A stretch of DNA of 64,000 nucleotides, from the sequence record PQ390715.1; one strand, 5' to 3'. Below the pieces are notes generated by a model, which saw only the letters and a program-made list of their open reading frames with translations, ran no database searches and had not been told where the DNA came from. Below are positions 41,495-53,754 of this stretch, in pieces; position 1 is the first letter of the stretch; the number at the start of each line of letters is the position of its first letter. The position numbers and the translations under genes were made by a program.

Positions 41495-42472
41495 TTATTT
41501 GTCTCCTAAAAATTTCTTGTATTTTTCTTGGAGACTTTCAAAAATATCTTCTACTTCTTCATCAGAATCATCTTCCAAGTCAATGTTACCTTCAGGTGAA
41601 TCATCTTCTTCACTTTCATTAACATTTAGTGGGTTATCTCCTAATGCAGTGCCTGGGAATTTTGGTTCAAATTTATGAACACGATTTTCGTTCCCTTCAT
41701 TATCATAATACTCAGGTTCTGGACGATTGTCAAGATCTTCATCTACAACACGTCTCCAATAAAATTGATTGCCTTTTGCAATTACAACAAAATGGTCACC
41801 TTCAACACCATTAGTCTTTAGTTGCCCATCACGAACGGCATCAGCTTCGGTTTCATATGGACCATAATCAGTACTGTTAGATGGTTCTTCATCTTCAGAG
41901 ATACTTAGATCTGGTAGAAATTGGGTATCTTTCATTTCTTTATCGGTAGCAGGATTACCCTCTACTGAAAAATCTTCGTCTTCTTCTTCGTTAATACCAG
42001 CAAGAGATAGCATACGACTAAAATCGAATTCTTCTTCAATAATTTCTTCTTCCTCATCGTCTTCTTCAACTGATTCTAGTTGAGGTTGACCACTAAGGTC
42101 AAGAGAAAAATCTTCTTCACCTTCTACACCTGGTTCTGAAAATTCAGCATCCATACTAACTTCATCTGTGTCAGCACCAAAATCACCAACATCAGCGGAA
42201 AGATCATCAACTGCCGCTGCTAGTGGGTCTTCAACTGAAGTTTCAATTCCACCAATTTCTTCTTCAGCACCAATAGAATCGAGATCTAGTGGAGCAATAG
42301 GTGGAAGAGATGGAGTCATAGACCCCATAGATGGTACTGGAGCAGCAACTACTGGGTCTTGACGTTCAGCTTGACCAGCAAGAGCTAACATACGTGATAG
42401 AGTTTCCAAATCATCAGATTCTAAACCTGCGATATCGATTTTAACTTGTGCTTCATTAATTTTTTTAGCCAT
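41495..42472 (-). CDS. Highly acidic protein, candidate internal head/scaffold protein
   Basis: D/E-rich, low complexity, with repeated (I/L/V)-N-E sites. Confidence 0.6.
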   Translation of the reverse strand: MAKKINEAQVKIDIAGLESDDLETLSRMLALAGQAERQDPVVAAPVPSMGSMTPSLPPIAPLDLDSIGAEEEIGGIETSVEDPLAAAVDDLSADVGDFGADTDEVSMDAEFSEPGVEGEEDFSLDLSGQPQLESVEEDDEEEEIIEEEFDFSRMLSLAGINEEEDEDFSVEGNPATDKEMKDTQFLPDLSISEDEEPSNSTDYGPYETEADAVRDGQLKTNGVEGDHFVVIAKGNQFYWRRVVDEDLDNRPEPEYYDNEGNENRVHKFEPKFPGTALGDNPLNVNESEEDDSPEGNIDLEDDSDEEVEDIFESLQEKYKKFLGDK

Positions 42473-42494
42473 TTTAAATAAATCCTTTTAGTTA

Positions 42495-44012
42495 TCAATC
42501 ATTATTATTTAATGATTTTAAAATTTGCACTGTTTCATCCTTTTTACCTGAAAGTAAAATGTCAGCAGCAAGTAGAGAAACCTCATCACCACGAGTTAGT
42601 AGTACTGTGATTTTTTTAGCATAAGGTGACTCTTTAATTTTAGAAGCTAATGATTGTACATCATCACCAGCAATTGTTTCAGATTTAGTTTCTGGTTCAG
42701 AAACTTCGTCTGGTTTTTGTTCAGATTCTGGTTCTTTCTTAGGTTCTTCTTTTGATTGAATTTGCTCAGTACCAGAGTCTACTTCAGGTGTTTCATCACT
42801 TTTAACTTCTTTATCTTGTTCATATTTGGCAAGTAATTTAGCAGCAGTTGCTTTTGGTATAAACTTACCATCAGCACTAATGAATCTGTCACCACCAACA
42901 TACGAATATTCTTTGCCTTGTTTGGATTTAACTTTTGTACCGATTTTCATAGCACCGGAATTGTTATGACGGAAAATATCACGCTGTGCTGCTCGTTCAA
43001 CACTTTTAGAAGCACTTGTGTTAAGTTGCTTTTTACTTTCGATATCATACCACAAGTTATTTTTCTTAGCGTATGTTTTTCCTTTAGAAGAAGTCATTCT
43101 ATAACCGTCAGGAACAGTAATGCTTTCAAATTCTTCAATTTCTTCATCTGCTTCATTAATTGATTCTTTAGTTGCAAATACTGGCTGTTTAGCAGGTTGT
43201 GAAGCTTGTTGTGGCTTTTCACCTGAACCAAAACGTTGCTCACTATGTTCTTGTTCACCCGTTAATGTTGGAAAATCACTTGGGTTATTCTTAACAAATT
43301 GCTGATATGCATTAATAATTGCATGTGCATTTTGTTCTGGAATTACTACATTACCATCATTATCACAAAATTCTTTACCATTCCACTCACAACGTGTATT
43401 GCCTTGTACTAAGGTTGATTTGATTGGAATTAGTTTATTTTTAGAAGCTAACTGACGAGCAATACGCATACCTTCATCTGATAGTTTACGGGTCATTGCT
43501 GGATCAACTGCTCGGCCTGATTTCATATCAACAAAACGGTGATTCTTTGGAACAAATTTAAAACCACTTACTTCCATACCTGCTGGAATTGATATATCAT
43601 CAGCATATGGTGGAAGAATGTAAAATTTTAATGCATTCCATTCTTTTTGTAGTGTTTCTTTAGAAACATTATATACTCGATGATCATCTGCCATTAATTC
43701 AGTGATGAATTCACTTTCAGTTAATAGAATTCCATCTTTTGAATTGAAACGGTTTTCACCAATAAATGTACACTCTTTACCTTCAACAATATATTTGTTA
43801 CCAATCTTATATTCATTTGAAGCTAGATTGTGCTCGACAATCTGTTGTCGAGCACTTGCGTACATGGATGGGTATTTTCTAGGGTCTACCATTAACATAT
43901 TATTGTCATTGAACCAGAATCCTTCAAGAAATACATATTTTGCACCAGTATGTGACGTATATACATATCCATTAGGAACTGTGGTAGTTTCAGTACTGAA
44001 AAAATTATCCAT
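42495..44012 (-). CDS. Repeat-domain protein, candidate internal head protein
   Basis: Repeated T/S.PNG/DGY..TS..G..Y.....W modules and LLTE, FITE and SINE sites. Confidence 0.6.
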   Translation of the reverse strand: MDNFFSTETTTVPNGYVYTSHTGAKYVFLEGFWFNDNNMLMVDPRKYPSMYASARQQIVEHNLASNEYKIGNKYIVEGKECTFIGENRFNSKDGILLTESEFITELMADDHRVYNVSKETLQKEWNALKFYILPPYADDISIPAGMEVSGFKFVPKNHRFVDMKSGRAVDPAMTRKLSDEGMRIARQLASKNKLIPIKSTLVQGNTRCEWNGKEFCDNDGNVVIPEQNAHAIINAYQQFVKNNPSDFPTLTGEQEHSEQRFGSGEKPQQASQPAKQPVFATKESINEADEEIEEFESITVPDGYRMTSSKGKTYAKKNNLWYDIESKKQLNTSASKSVERAAQRDIFRHNNSGAMKIGTKVKSKQGKEYSYVGGDRFISADGKFIPKATAAKLLAKYEQDKEVKSDETPEVDSGTEQIQSKEEPKKEPESEQKPDEVSEPETKSETIAGDDVQSLASKIKESPYAKKITVLLTRGDEVSLLAADILLSGKKDETVQILKSLNNND

Positions 44013-44025
44013 GTGTTGATTCTCC

Positions 44026-44568
44026 TTAAGAAAGCATACGTAACAGTTGGTCGCGTTGCTCTGGACTTAATTTTTGTAGAGCATCAGGGATACTGGAACC
44101 TTGTGCTTTTGGTTGTTCTTGTTGTGCTGGTTGCTCAGTTGAGGTCGATTGTGATGGTTGTGATTCTGAACTTTCTTCGCCACCTTGTTGGTCACGGTAG
44201 TCATTCATTATATCACGAGCAGCATTTAATAGAGCAGTACCTACATCTTTTGGTGTAAAAGAACGACGAGGATTGTTCCCTAAATGTTTAATATCAAGAT
44301 TGTTACCTTTAAAAAACTGTGCCACATCAGCGTAAGGTACTGATGGTTGAGCTTTACCATATTTACGTCCAACATAACGTTTAAACTCTGCCCATAAGCG
44401 GTTGGCTTCAGCACCAACTTCTTGTGCACCTTGTTCAATCTGTCCACTACCAAAAAAGCCTTTTACTTTTCCTTTTGCACTATCAACTGCACTTTGTGAA
44501 CGACTATAAGGACGAGCTTCATTTAACTCATTGTCTTCATAATCTAACATTTCATTAAGTATACTCAT
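44026..44568 (-). CDS. Candidate internal head protein
   Basis: N-terminal SILNE and ELNEA; Q/S-rich tail. Confidence 0.55.
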   Translation of the reverse strand: MSILNEMLDYEDNELNEARPYSRSQSAVDSAKGKVKGFFGSGQIEQGAQEVGAEANRLWAEFKRYVGRKYGKAQPSVPYADVAQFFKGNNLDIKHLGNNPRRSFTPKDVGTALLNAARDIMNDYRDQQGGEESSESQPSQSTSTEQPAQQEQPKAQGSSIPDALQKLSPEQRDQLLRMLS

Positions 44569-44571
44569 GTG

Positions 44572-45108
44572 TTAATCCTTTTTACCAAAACCAGCACTCA
44601 TATATTGAGAGTATTTATTGTCTTTTTTCGATGCTTCAATTGCATCATCAACGGCAGTGTCTGCACGTTGTTGTCCAGCTAAGTCATAACTGTCTTCTGG
44701 TTTGCCAAAATCCACTCCAATAACTGGTTCATCAACATCATCAAAATCGATATCATCTTCCAAATCAGTCATTTCAATTTGACGAGGTTCATCTTTACTA
44801 CGAACACGAATCAATGCTTCTGTCATGCTTAGTAAATTGCCAATTTCATACATTAGTACATTTGATTGAACGCCACGATGACATTTAAAGTCAAACATCC
44901 AAATTTCACCACAATCTAATTCATAGAAATCTAATGGTTTTTCCATAAAAATTGTTTTCTTTAGTGCTCCAATTTCAAACGCATCATAGCGATCCATTAG
45001 TCGCTGTGTTACTTTACTAAGTTGTTCAGGTGTTGGTTCAACTGCAAACTTAACTCGGTATTCATAAACTGGTTTCTTTTCAGTTAGGATTTGTTGTAAT
45101 CTATTCAT
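44572..45108 (-). CDS. Hypothetical late protein
   Basis: 178 aa starting ILTEKK; TAAATA at 45137-45142 upstream. Confidence 0.65.
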   Translation of the reverse strand: MNRLQQILTEKKPVYEYRVKFAVEPTPEQLSKVTQRLMDRYDAFEIGALKKTIFMEKPLDFYELDCGEIWMFDFKCHRGVQSNVLMYEIGNLLSMTEALIRVRSKDEPRQIEMTDLEDDIDFDDVDEPVIGVDFGKPEDSYDLAGQQRADTAVDDAIEASKKDNKYSQYMSAGFGKKD

Positions 45109-45135
45109 TTTAATAACTCCATAAGGTCGTTTAAG

Positions 45136-47243
<2,108 letters not shown>

Positions 47244-47254
47244 TCATTATCTCC

Positions 47255-48031
47255 TTAAAATCCTACACTACCAAAAACACGATCAATGATATCTAAACCT
47301 TGATTGACATTTTCAGGTAAAAGTGAATTAATTCTGGTACTATACATTTCTTCAATATTATCAAATTGTATACAATTATCTGGTTTGATAGTCACTACCA
47401 TTTCAACTGGAGAACTTGAGCTATAATCTAATGAATCGTATGATATGTTTTGAATAACACATCCGGTTAAAACAAAGTATTCCATAACACCAGCACTGTT
47501 ATATGAAGAACCACCAATAAATTGATCTACTGCATTTACTAAGCCAGAATTATTTGTTGCAGCAGTTGCAGCATCTACTAGAGTATCTCTTCCTAGATTT
47601 CCTAGTGTATCATCTGAGTTACGTCCACTCAACATCTGTATAACCAAACCAAATTTATAAGAACCATAATCTTGGTCACTTCTTGAAGTTATTCTGCGTT
47701 GAAAGTCAAGTTGTTTTTGTAATTGGCGTGATAATGCTTTTGCTGATGCATTACCAACTGAATCACGGATAGATATTGTAATTGGTTCCCAATCATGACT
47801 ACCTATATAGGAAGTATTAGTAGTAAATTGATATAGTTTATGAGTACTAAATGTTACAGTAGGTCTATCAATTTTATCAACATCTAATGCGATGTGATCA
47901 CGTTCATCTATATCAGTACCGAAATTATACACAATAACACGAAACTTGTATTTTGCTTTCGGTTGTAGCATTGAACGATTACGCCCCGATGGTAAAGGAA
48001 CGCCATATTTATTAATCATGTTATTTGCCAT
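47255..48031 (-). CDS. Tail tube paralog (tube initiator-like)
   Basis: Shares YGVPL...QPKAKYKFRVI and RDSVGNASAKAL with the adjacent tube gene; TAAATA at 48068. Confidence 0.7.
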   Translation of the reverse strand: MANNMINKYGVPLPSGRNRSMLQPKAKYKFRVIVYNFGTDIDERDHIALDVDKIDRPTVTFSTHKLYQFTTNTSYIGSHDWEPITISIRDSVGNASAKALSRQLQKQLDFQRRITSRSDQDYGSYKFGLVIQMLSGRNSDDTLGNLGRDTLVDAATAATNNSGLVNAVDQFIGGSSYNSAGVMEYFVLTGCVIQNISYDSLDYSSSSPVEMVVTIKPDNCIQFDNIEEMYSTRINSLLPENVNQGLDIIDRVFGSVGF

Positions 48032-48077
48032 AGCAACCTCTTTTTTATTTTATAAGGCATTATACTTTATTTAGCAT

Positions 48078-48105
48078 AAAAAAAGCCCCGAATAGATTCG
48101 AGGCT
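48078..48105 (-). terminator. Intrinsic terminator after the tube gene
   Basis: AGCCTCGAA-TCTA-TTCGGGGCT-TTTTTT on the minus strand. Confidence 0.8.
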
Positions 48106-48126
48106 ATATATTAAGTTTAAATAAAA

Positions 48127-48813
48127 TTAATTTTCGTAGAAGTTACTATCTGGTAGAGTAGTACTACTAATATTAGTTTGTGCACCAGAAATAGAGGTAG
48201 CAGTTGATGGATTACCGAAGCCACTAACTTCATCACCGAACGCTTCGCCATTTGGACCCAATTTAGCACAACCATCTGGTTGAACAGTCATTGAAATAAC
48301 TTGTGCTTCACTTGAGGAATAATCCCAATCACCAAAGTTACTGGATTCAATAAAGCAACCTTGACATACCCAAGTACTCAATGTTCCTTCAAACAAGTTT
48401 GTTGTATTTTCACTATTAGAACCATCAAGCTCTTGAATCCACATTTCAAATTTAAATTGTGAATCTGTCATGCGAGATTCTTGACTGTAGTAGTTAAATT
48501 CTTTACGCATTTGGTTGTATAGTGCTTTAGCAGAAGCATTACCTACAGAGTCACGGAAAGCAACATCAATTGTATCCCAAGTGTATTTCCCTTTGTAGTG
48601 TGCAGAACTGTTGTAACTATGAACAGTGACGTTTTCATGTGATACAGATACTGCCCCAACTGTATTGGTGTCTAGTGTAATCATATTACCATCATCATTA
48701 GTACCAAAACCAAAGAAAATAACACGAAATTTGTATTTTGCTTTTGGTTGTTTCATAGAGATACGACCACCGCCAGCGAGCGGTACGCCATATCGATCAA
48801 GCATTGTAGCCAT
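48127..48813 (-). CDS. gp19: Major tail tube protein, T4 gp19-like
   Basis: KYKFRV, GKYTWDTIDV.FRD and W.CQGCF......G..DY motifs; downstream of the sheath with its own TAAATA at 48849-48854. Confidence 0.8.
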   Translation of the reverse strand: MATMLDRYGVPLAGGGRISMKQPKAKYKFRVIFFGFGTNDDGNMITLDTNTVGAVSVSHENVTVHSYNSSAHYKGKYTWDTIDVAFRDSVGNASAKALYNQMRKEFNYYSQESRMTDSQFKFEMWIQELDGSNSENTTNLFEGTLSTWVCQGCFIESSNFGDWDYSSSEAQVISMTVQPDGCAKLGPNGEAFGDEVSGFGNPSTATSISGAQTNISSTTLPDSNFYEN

Positions 48814-48873
48814 TTATATTCTCCTATTATGGAATGACATCTTTATATTATTTATCTATCTGGAAGTATATTT

Positions 48874-49129
48874 TTAATTAACTAAAGTGTCATCAACAGG
48901 GAACCAATTAATATTAACACAATATAAGTATCTTTTTCGTTTAGTGTGGTCAATATAGTTTACTGATATAGACCATTTTCCATTTGTGTATACTTCGTAT
49001 TTTTCAATTATACCGACAATCTTCCAAATTTTTTAAAAATATATTTAGTATGTGTACTGATTCCAACTGAGTTAAAACTATTTTACTGACATCTTGTATT
49101 GTTTTTTTTAGTATTTCTTCCATATCCAT
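48874..49129 (-). pseudogene. Small frameshifted ORF between sheath and tube genes
   Basis: AAGGA-ATG at 49129 (MDMEEILKKTIQD...) stops near 49004, while a +1 frame (KIWKIVGIIEKYEVY...TLVN*) continues across TTTTTAAAAAA. Confidence 0.3.
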
Positions 49130-49176
49130 AATGTTCCTTTATAACATCAATATAAAGGTATTTAATTTTAATCAAT

Positions 49177-49202
49177 AAAAAAGGGAACCTTTTGGTTCCC
49201 TT
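49177..49202 (-). terminator. Intrinsic terminator after the sheath gene
   Basis: AAGGGAACC-AAAA-GGTTCCCTT-TTTT on the minus strand. Confidence 0.85.
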
Positions 49203-49208
49203 AGTGTT

Positions 49209-51872
49209 TTATTGAGTTTTCTCGATACGGATTGGTACGTAAATGAAGTTAATACTCTTAGTTGGTTGAATTGCAATATCCATCCAAAGTTCATTACGGT
49301 CAATACGCTCTGCGGTGTTGTTACTTTCATCACAAACCACTGCGAAGTTATAAAGACCCTGTTGTTGAACAATTTCAGCCAAGAAGCTATTAACTACACC
49401 ACTAAATTCCTGACGAGTACTTGGAGTATTCAAACGGAATAGGAATGGTTCGGAAATAATTTCTAGTTGACGACGAATATAAACAACTAAACGAGCAACG
49501 TTAACACGACTTAGTGCAGAAGTTTGATTAGCAGATAGAGTTTTATCTCCATAAACAAGCAATCCACGGTTAGGACGCATTGCAATTGGGTTAATGTTGT
49601 TAGTATACATAACGTCACGTTGACCTTGGTTGTATACTACTGGTTGATATTCACCTTCGCTGTTGATAAAACCAGTACTTGCAGCGTTTGTTACAACACC
49701 ACGAGTTGTACCAGCAGGTGGATACCATACATAACTAACACTATCACTGTATGCATATGTACGCATTGCAATAGTACTACCAGGAACTGCAACTTCTTCA
49801 CCATCAACGTTAGTACTTAGACACCAACCCATATACTGAGCAGCATAATCATAAGCAGTTGTACGACCAACTGAACCGTTGCTTGGTGCATTGTTAGCAT
49901 TAGTAGCCCATTGTTGTACAGCACTACCGTTTCCGGTTGGATTCAAACGTGCTGGAACGTCAGTAACAATAAATGCAGTTTCTTTACGATCAGTGTTTAA
50001 AGTTACACATTCATCAAGTGTTTCAACGTAACCAGGTACACAAATTAGGTTAAAATCAATAAATTCAGAACGAATGTCATCATTACCAATAATAACAGCA
50101 GCTAGTGCTTCAACTACTAGTTGACGTTGTGCAGCACGACCAAATAGGCCAGCACCATCAAGACTTACACCACTAACAACTTCCCATTGACCATTAACCA
50201 TTTTCTTAACAACACCTTCAGTGTTACCTAGGTCAACTGCAAGCATACCATTTTGATACAATGCCGCAGCAGGAACTTGGCTTGGGAAATTAAAGTCTTG
50301 GAAAATCATACCATTTAGTGTACTTTGATCAGTACTGTCAAGTTTAACCCATTCACCATCAACGTTACGATAGAAATCATAACCATCAATGCCTTGAGAC
50401 AAAGGACAAACCCAAATTAAACGGTCAGCCGCTGGTTCATCAACTTGTACATATTTGTTTTCTTCTTGTACTAGATCCCATTGATCATTAGCAACATCAG
50501 CAACATACATAGTTACAGTTAGATTATCGGAGTTCCCGAAATCATACCAGAGAGTTCCTTCTTTTGCTACACTACGTGGTACTGAATAACTAACACGGAA
50601 GTTATTAACGTTAATTAGAGAGTAGTTGTTACTATCTACAGTTAGTTTTTGTAGTTCAGGTTCAGCAAAAATATCATCACCACTTTGTGTGATTTTGAAA
50701 CTGTAACCTTTTGTATTGGAAACAACTAAACCACCATTAGTTTCACGTTTAAATTTAAAACCATCGTTAATAATTTCAGCATTTGCATTTAGATTATTGA
50801 TGATAGTTTGGGTATTAATAACACCGCCTTGTGGAACTGCTAGTACTTTAACTGATTTATTCAAATAAACAAAAGTCATATAACTATCAGCACCTGCTTG
50901 TTCAATAATAGTTTCACCAAGTGGCAAAGCAGGAGCACTAATTGTTGTTAGTTTTGCACTTTGAATATAGAAAGAGAAACTCTTACTATCTTCATCAAAA
51001 CGAGATGCGATATAACTATTGTTTAGTACACCACTTTTCGCTTCAATTTCTTGGAATGAATTACCAGTATATGCTGGTACAATATTCCAAACTTGAGTTA
51101 GGGATGCATAACGTTTAATAACAAAACGAGTACCAAAATAGTTTGAACCATTTTGGGTGTAACCATCACGAATCCAAATGTTACCTTTTTCTACAGTTGA
51201 GCCAACTGGAACTTTGTTAATTGGTGATAGATAAGTTTCCATTTGCACTAGCCCAGAAGCAGAACGTTTATACATTAGCATCTGACCATTGCTTGGTTTG
51301 TAACGTAGAACTAAATCATCAACATTTAAACCTACTAGACTTACATCTTCAACTTCTTCAGCACTTACAATAGTTACTGGCTTAAGTTGCCAATCATAAA
51401 AACTGCTTGGACTATCTTTCTTCGCTACATACGCTTCTACTTGTGATTGTGCGGTATCAAACCACAAAGTACCATTGGATACTGGGCCAGTTGGTGCTTC
51501 AGCACTTGGTGCTAGTTGTGCTAGATCGATATCAGCACGAATTACATATGCACGGTTAGTAATGCCTAGATAAGAATATACTGCATGTAGGCCATATTCG
51601 TTTAGTTCATCACCTTGAACAACAGAACCGTTATTCATTTGAAAAATTGGTGTACCATAGGTATCAAGTGAGCTTTTTTGTGATGTTAGAAGCTGTAGTT
51701 TTCCAGCGTTTGCTTTAGTAGTTCCCGCAGCTATTGCACTGCTTCCTGGGACAAGTTTGTCTTCAGCAGTAGCGATTACAAATAGTGGTACAGTGCCAGG
51801 AGCAGCAGCGGTACTCATACTTTCATCAGTTACTGAAATGGAAACGCCAGGTGAGAGTAGATCTCCTGCCAT
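49209..51872 (-). CDS. gp18: Tail sheath protein, T4 gp18-like
   Basis: LLSPGVSISVTDES, WYPPAG..RG, LY..NINPI, VYGDKT, RVNVARL and DESNNT.ERIDRNEL..DIAIQPTKSINFI. Confidence 0.95.
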   Translation of the reverse strand: MAGDLLSPGVSISVTDESMSTAAAPGTVPLFVIATAEDKLVPGSSAIAAGTTKANAGKLQLLTSQKSSLDTYGTPIFQMNNGSVVQGDELNEYGLHAVYSYLGITNRAYVIRADIDLAQLAPSAEAPTGPVSNGTLWFDTAQSQVEAYVAKKDSPSSFYDWQLKPVTIVSAEEVEDVSLVGLNVDDLVLRYKPSNGQMLMYKRSASGLVQMETYLSPINKVPVGSTVEKGNIWIRDGYTQNGSNYFGTRFVIKRYASLTQVWNIVPAYTGNSFQEIEAKSGVLNNSYIASRFDEDSKSFSFYIQSAKLTTISAPALPLGETIIEQAGADSYMTFVYLNKSVKVLAVPQGGVINTQTIINNLNANAEIINDGFKFKRETNGGLVVSNTKGYSFKITQSGDDIFAEPELQKLTVDSNNYSLINVNNFRVSYSVPRSVAKEGTLWYDFGNSDNLTVTMYVADVANDQWDLVQEENKYVQVDEPAADRLIWVCPLSQGIDGYDFYRNVDGEWVKLDSTDQSTLNGMIFQDFNFPSQVPAAALYQNGMLAVDLGNTEGVVKKMVNGQWEVVSGVSLDGAGLFGRAAQRQLVVEALAAVIIGNDDIRSEFIDFNLICVPGYVETLDECVTLNTDRKETAFIVTDVPARLNPTGNGSAVQQWATNANNAPSNGSVGRTTAYDYAAQYMGWCLSTNVDGEEVAVPGSTIAMRTYAYSDSVSYVWYPPAGTTRGVVTNAASTGFINSEGEYQPVVYNQGQRDVMYTNNINPIAMRPNRGLLVYGDKTLSANQTSALSRVNVARLVVYIRRQLEIISEPFLFRLNTPSTRQEFSGVVNSFLAEIVQQQGLYNFAVVCDESNNTAERIDRNELWMDIAIQPTKSINFIYVPIRIEKTQ

Positions 51873-51942
51873 ATTAAATCCTCCAAAAATAATTGGTTAT
51901 TCGAAATATATTCGTATAGTCTTATTTATTGAAGGATTTAAT
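51873..51942 (-). promoter_or_regulatory. RBS-sequestering hairpin enclosing a late promoter (gp18)
   Basis: mRNA ATTAAATCCTTC pairs with GGAGGATTTAAT-ATG (12 bp, one G-U); TAAATA at 51923-51928. Confidence 0.7.
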
Positions 51943-51966
51943 TGTCCAGTCCTTATTGTTTATAAT

Positions 51967-52593
51967 TTATGTATTAGAATAAATAATGTCCATTGCTTTT
52001 TTATGTAAATCATCAATAGTACTGTTATTCTGTACAATTATATCAGGATTGTTTATGCCAATCCAAGCCCACTCAGATTCGTGTACTGTTTCTAGTTCAA
52101 CTGGTTTAATATTAATATCCCCTTTATTATAAGAGGCCGCCAAACCATACCAATGTGGTAGAACACGTTGAACTTCAATAATAGTCCCATTTTGCGATCT
52201 AATCATTTTTAATTCATTTGGAAAACGGCAATCAGTGATGATGATATTTCCATCTATTTCTTGCATTGATTTTTCTAAACTGAATACCCAAATATCATTA
52301 TGAAAATACTTACGCAAAATATTAGTACCATAATTCTGCAATACCCATCGAGGGGATACATCACTACGACCTAACTTATCACACCAGTACTGGTCCGGTT
52401 CTTCACGAATCTTACGACTTTCCTTAGTTGAACCTTCAAGCATTTCACGATCCCATCCAAAAATAGCAGCAACGGAATCTTTAAGATTAGTTGCAAATGA
52501 CATTCTGGTGTAACCATTATTAATAAAAGTTTCTCCAAAAGTATCTTTACCACTTCCAATAGTACCGTTAATTGCAATTATTTGTCTTTCCAT
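51967..52593 (-). CDS. gp1: Deoxynucleoside monophosphate kinase, T4 gp1-like
   Basis: IIAINGTIGSGKDT, SFA..LK, R..LQ..GT, DCRFPNE and HESE motifs. Confidence 0.9.
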   Translation of the reverse strand: MERQIIAINGTIGSGKDTFGETFINNGYTRMSFATNLKDSVAAIFGWDREMLEGSTKESRKIREEPDQYWCDKLGRSDVSPRWVLQNYGTNILRKYFHNDIWVFSLEKSMQEIDGNIIITDCRFPNELKMIRSQNGTIIEVQRVLPHWYGLAASYNKGDINIKPVELETVHESEWAWIGINNPDIIVQNNSTIDDLHKKAMDIIYSNT

Positions 52594-52611
52594 AATACTT
52601 CTCCATGTATA

Positions 52612-52881
52612 TTATATAAGTACTACTAAATCCTTTCCTACTAAACATTCAAGGAATTGAACTATAAACTCGCTCCCATAATATATAGTAACATAAGTGA
52701 TGTAGAATGTTTCTCCATTATCATCACGACATATACTCGCCCACGCGTTTATTCGATCTCTACCGAAAACATCAACGATTGATTCTTTTAAAAATTTCCA
52801 GAATTTTTCTGTTGACTCATAATCTAATGTAGGTGCACCACAACTATATTTGTTATACATTGCATTTATGTTATTATTCAT
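52612..52881 (-). CDS. Hypothetical protein
   Basis: 89 aa behind an extended -10 TGTGATATAAT at 52909-52919. Confidence 0.6.
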   Translation of the reverse strand: MNNNINAMYNKYSCGAPTLDYESTEKFWKFLKESIVDVFGRDRINAWASICRDDNGETFYITYVTIYYGSEFIVQFLECLVGKDLVVLI

Positions 52882-52926
52882 GACAAGTTCCTTTAGATTA
52901 ATAGTATCATTATATCACATAATGTG

Positions 52927-52954
52927 AAAAAGACTCCATATAGGAGTCTTTTTT
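52927..52954. terminator. Intrinsic terminator after gp13
   Basis: AAAAAGACTCC-ATATA-GGAGTCTTTTT. Confidence 0.85.
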
Positions 52955-52957
52955 AAT

Positions 52958-53749
52958 TTAACCAATAATCATACCTAGTGGTTCAGCACCATCTTGATAA
53001 CGTTTCAAACGCTCTTTAAGCTGTTCCTGAAGTTGTAATCCTTCATTACGTAATGTATCACCATCCATAGAAAACGTTCCCTGTGGACCTGGAAGAGAAG
53101 CAAATTTGGCACGGTTACGACCCAACATAATCATGGCTTCAGACAATGCCCAATCACGTAGCCAAGGATAACTTTGCTGTCTTTGAAACAACAATGGTTC
53201 AGGAATATTATGATATACGTGTAATAGTACTTCTTCAGTACCGCGAATATCACGATCTATAATTAATTTTTTGGTCATTGGGTTAAATTGAAATATAATA
53301 TCACGACCAAACATACGACCTACCAGTTCTTGGAACTGAAAACTAAAATCATATGTAGTTAGATCATATCCACCTGCATTTCGTGCTGAAGTCAATAAGT
53401 AAGTGTTGGTGAATGCTAGAGAAAACGGATCTACTGAGTTCCCACTACCAGAACTTAAGTAACCATTACCATAACGATAAATCTTTTTAACAATTTCAAC
53501 TTCAGTTGGTAGCATATATACAGATTGTGAATCATAAAATTTCATATTTAAAAATGCTTCTTCTTTAGAAGCAGAACTCCACGCTCTGTAATTCGATACC
53601 GCATTATCAATTGCAATTTCTAATTGACCATCAGTAATTTCTACCTCAACGGCCCCAGCACCCAACATTTGAGTGATAACATCTTTCAGTTTTTCACGAT
53701 GGTCAAAGTTAGGAGCATCAGGGTTTCCACCCATATAATCGTAAGACAT
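52958..53749 (-). CDS. gp13: Neck protein, T4 gp13-like
   Basis: LK..I..MLGA..VEVEITD.QL..AID.A and WLRDWAL...M..LG..RAKFA.LPGPQG....DGD.L; start at 53749 follows GAGGT. Confidence 0.9.
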   Translation of the reverse strand: MSYDYMGGNPDAPNFDHREKLKDVITQMLGAGAVEVEITDGQLEIAIDNAVSNYRAWSSASKEEAFLNMKFYDSQSVYMLPTEVEIVKKIYRYGNGYLSSGSGNSVDPFSLAFTNTYLLTSARNAGGYDLTTYDFSFQFQELVGRMFGRDIIFQFNPMTKKLIIDRDIRGTEEVLLHVYHNIPEPLLFQRQQSYPWLRDWALSEAMIMLGRNRAKFASLPGPQGTFSMDGDTLRNEGLQLQEQLKERLKRYQDGAEPLGMIIG

Positions 53750-53754
53750 AAAAA

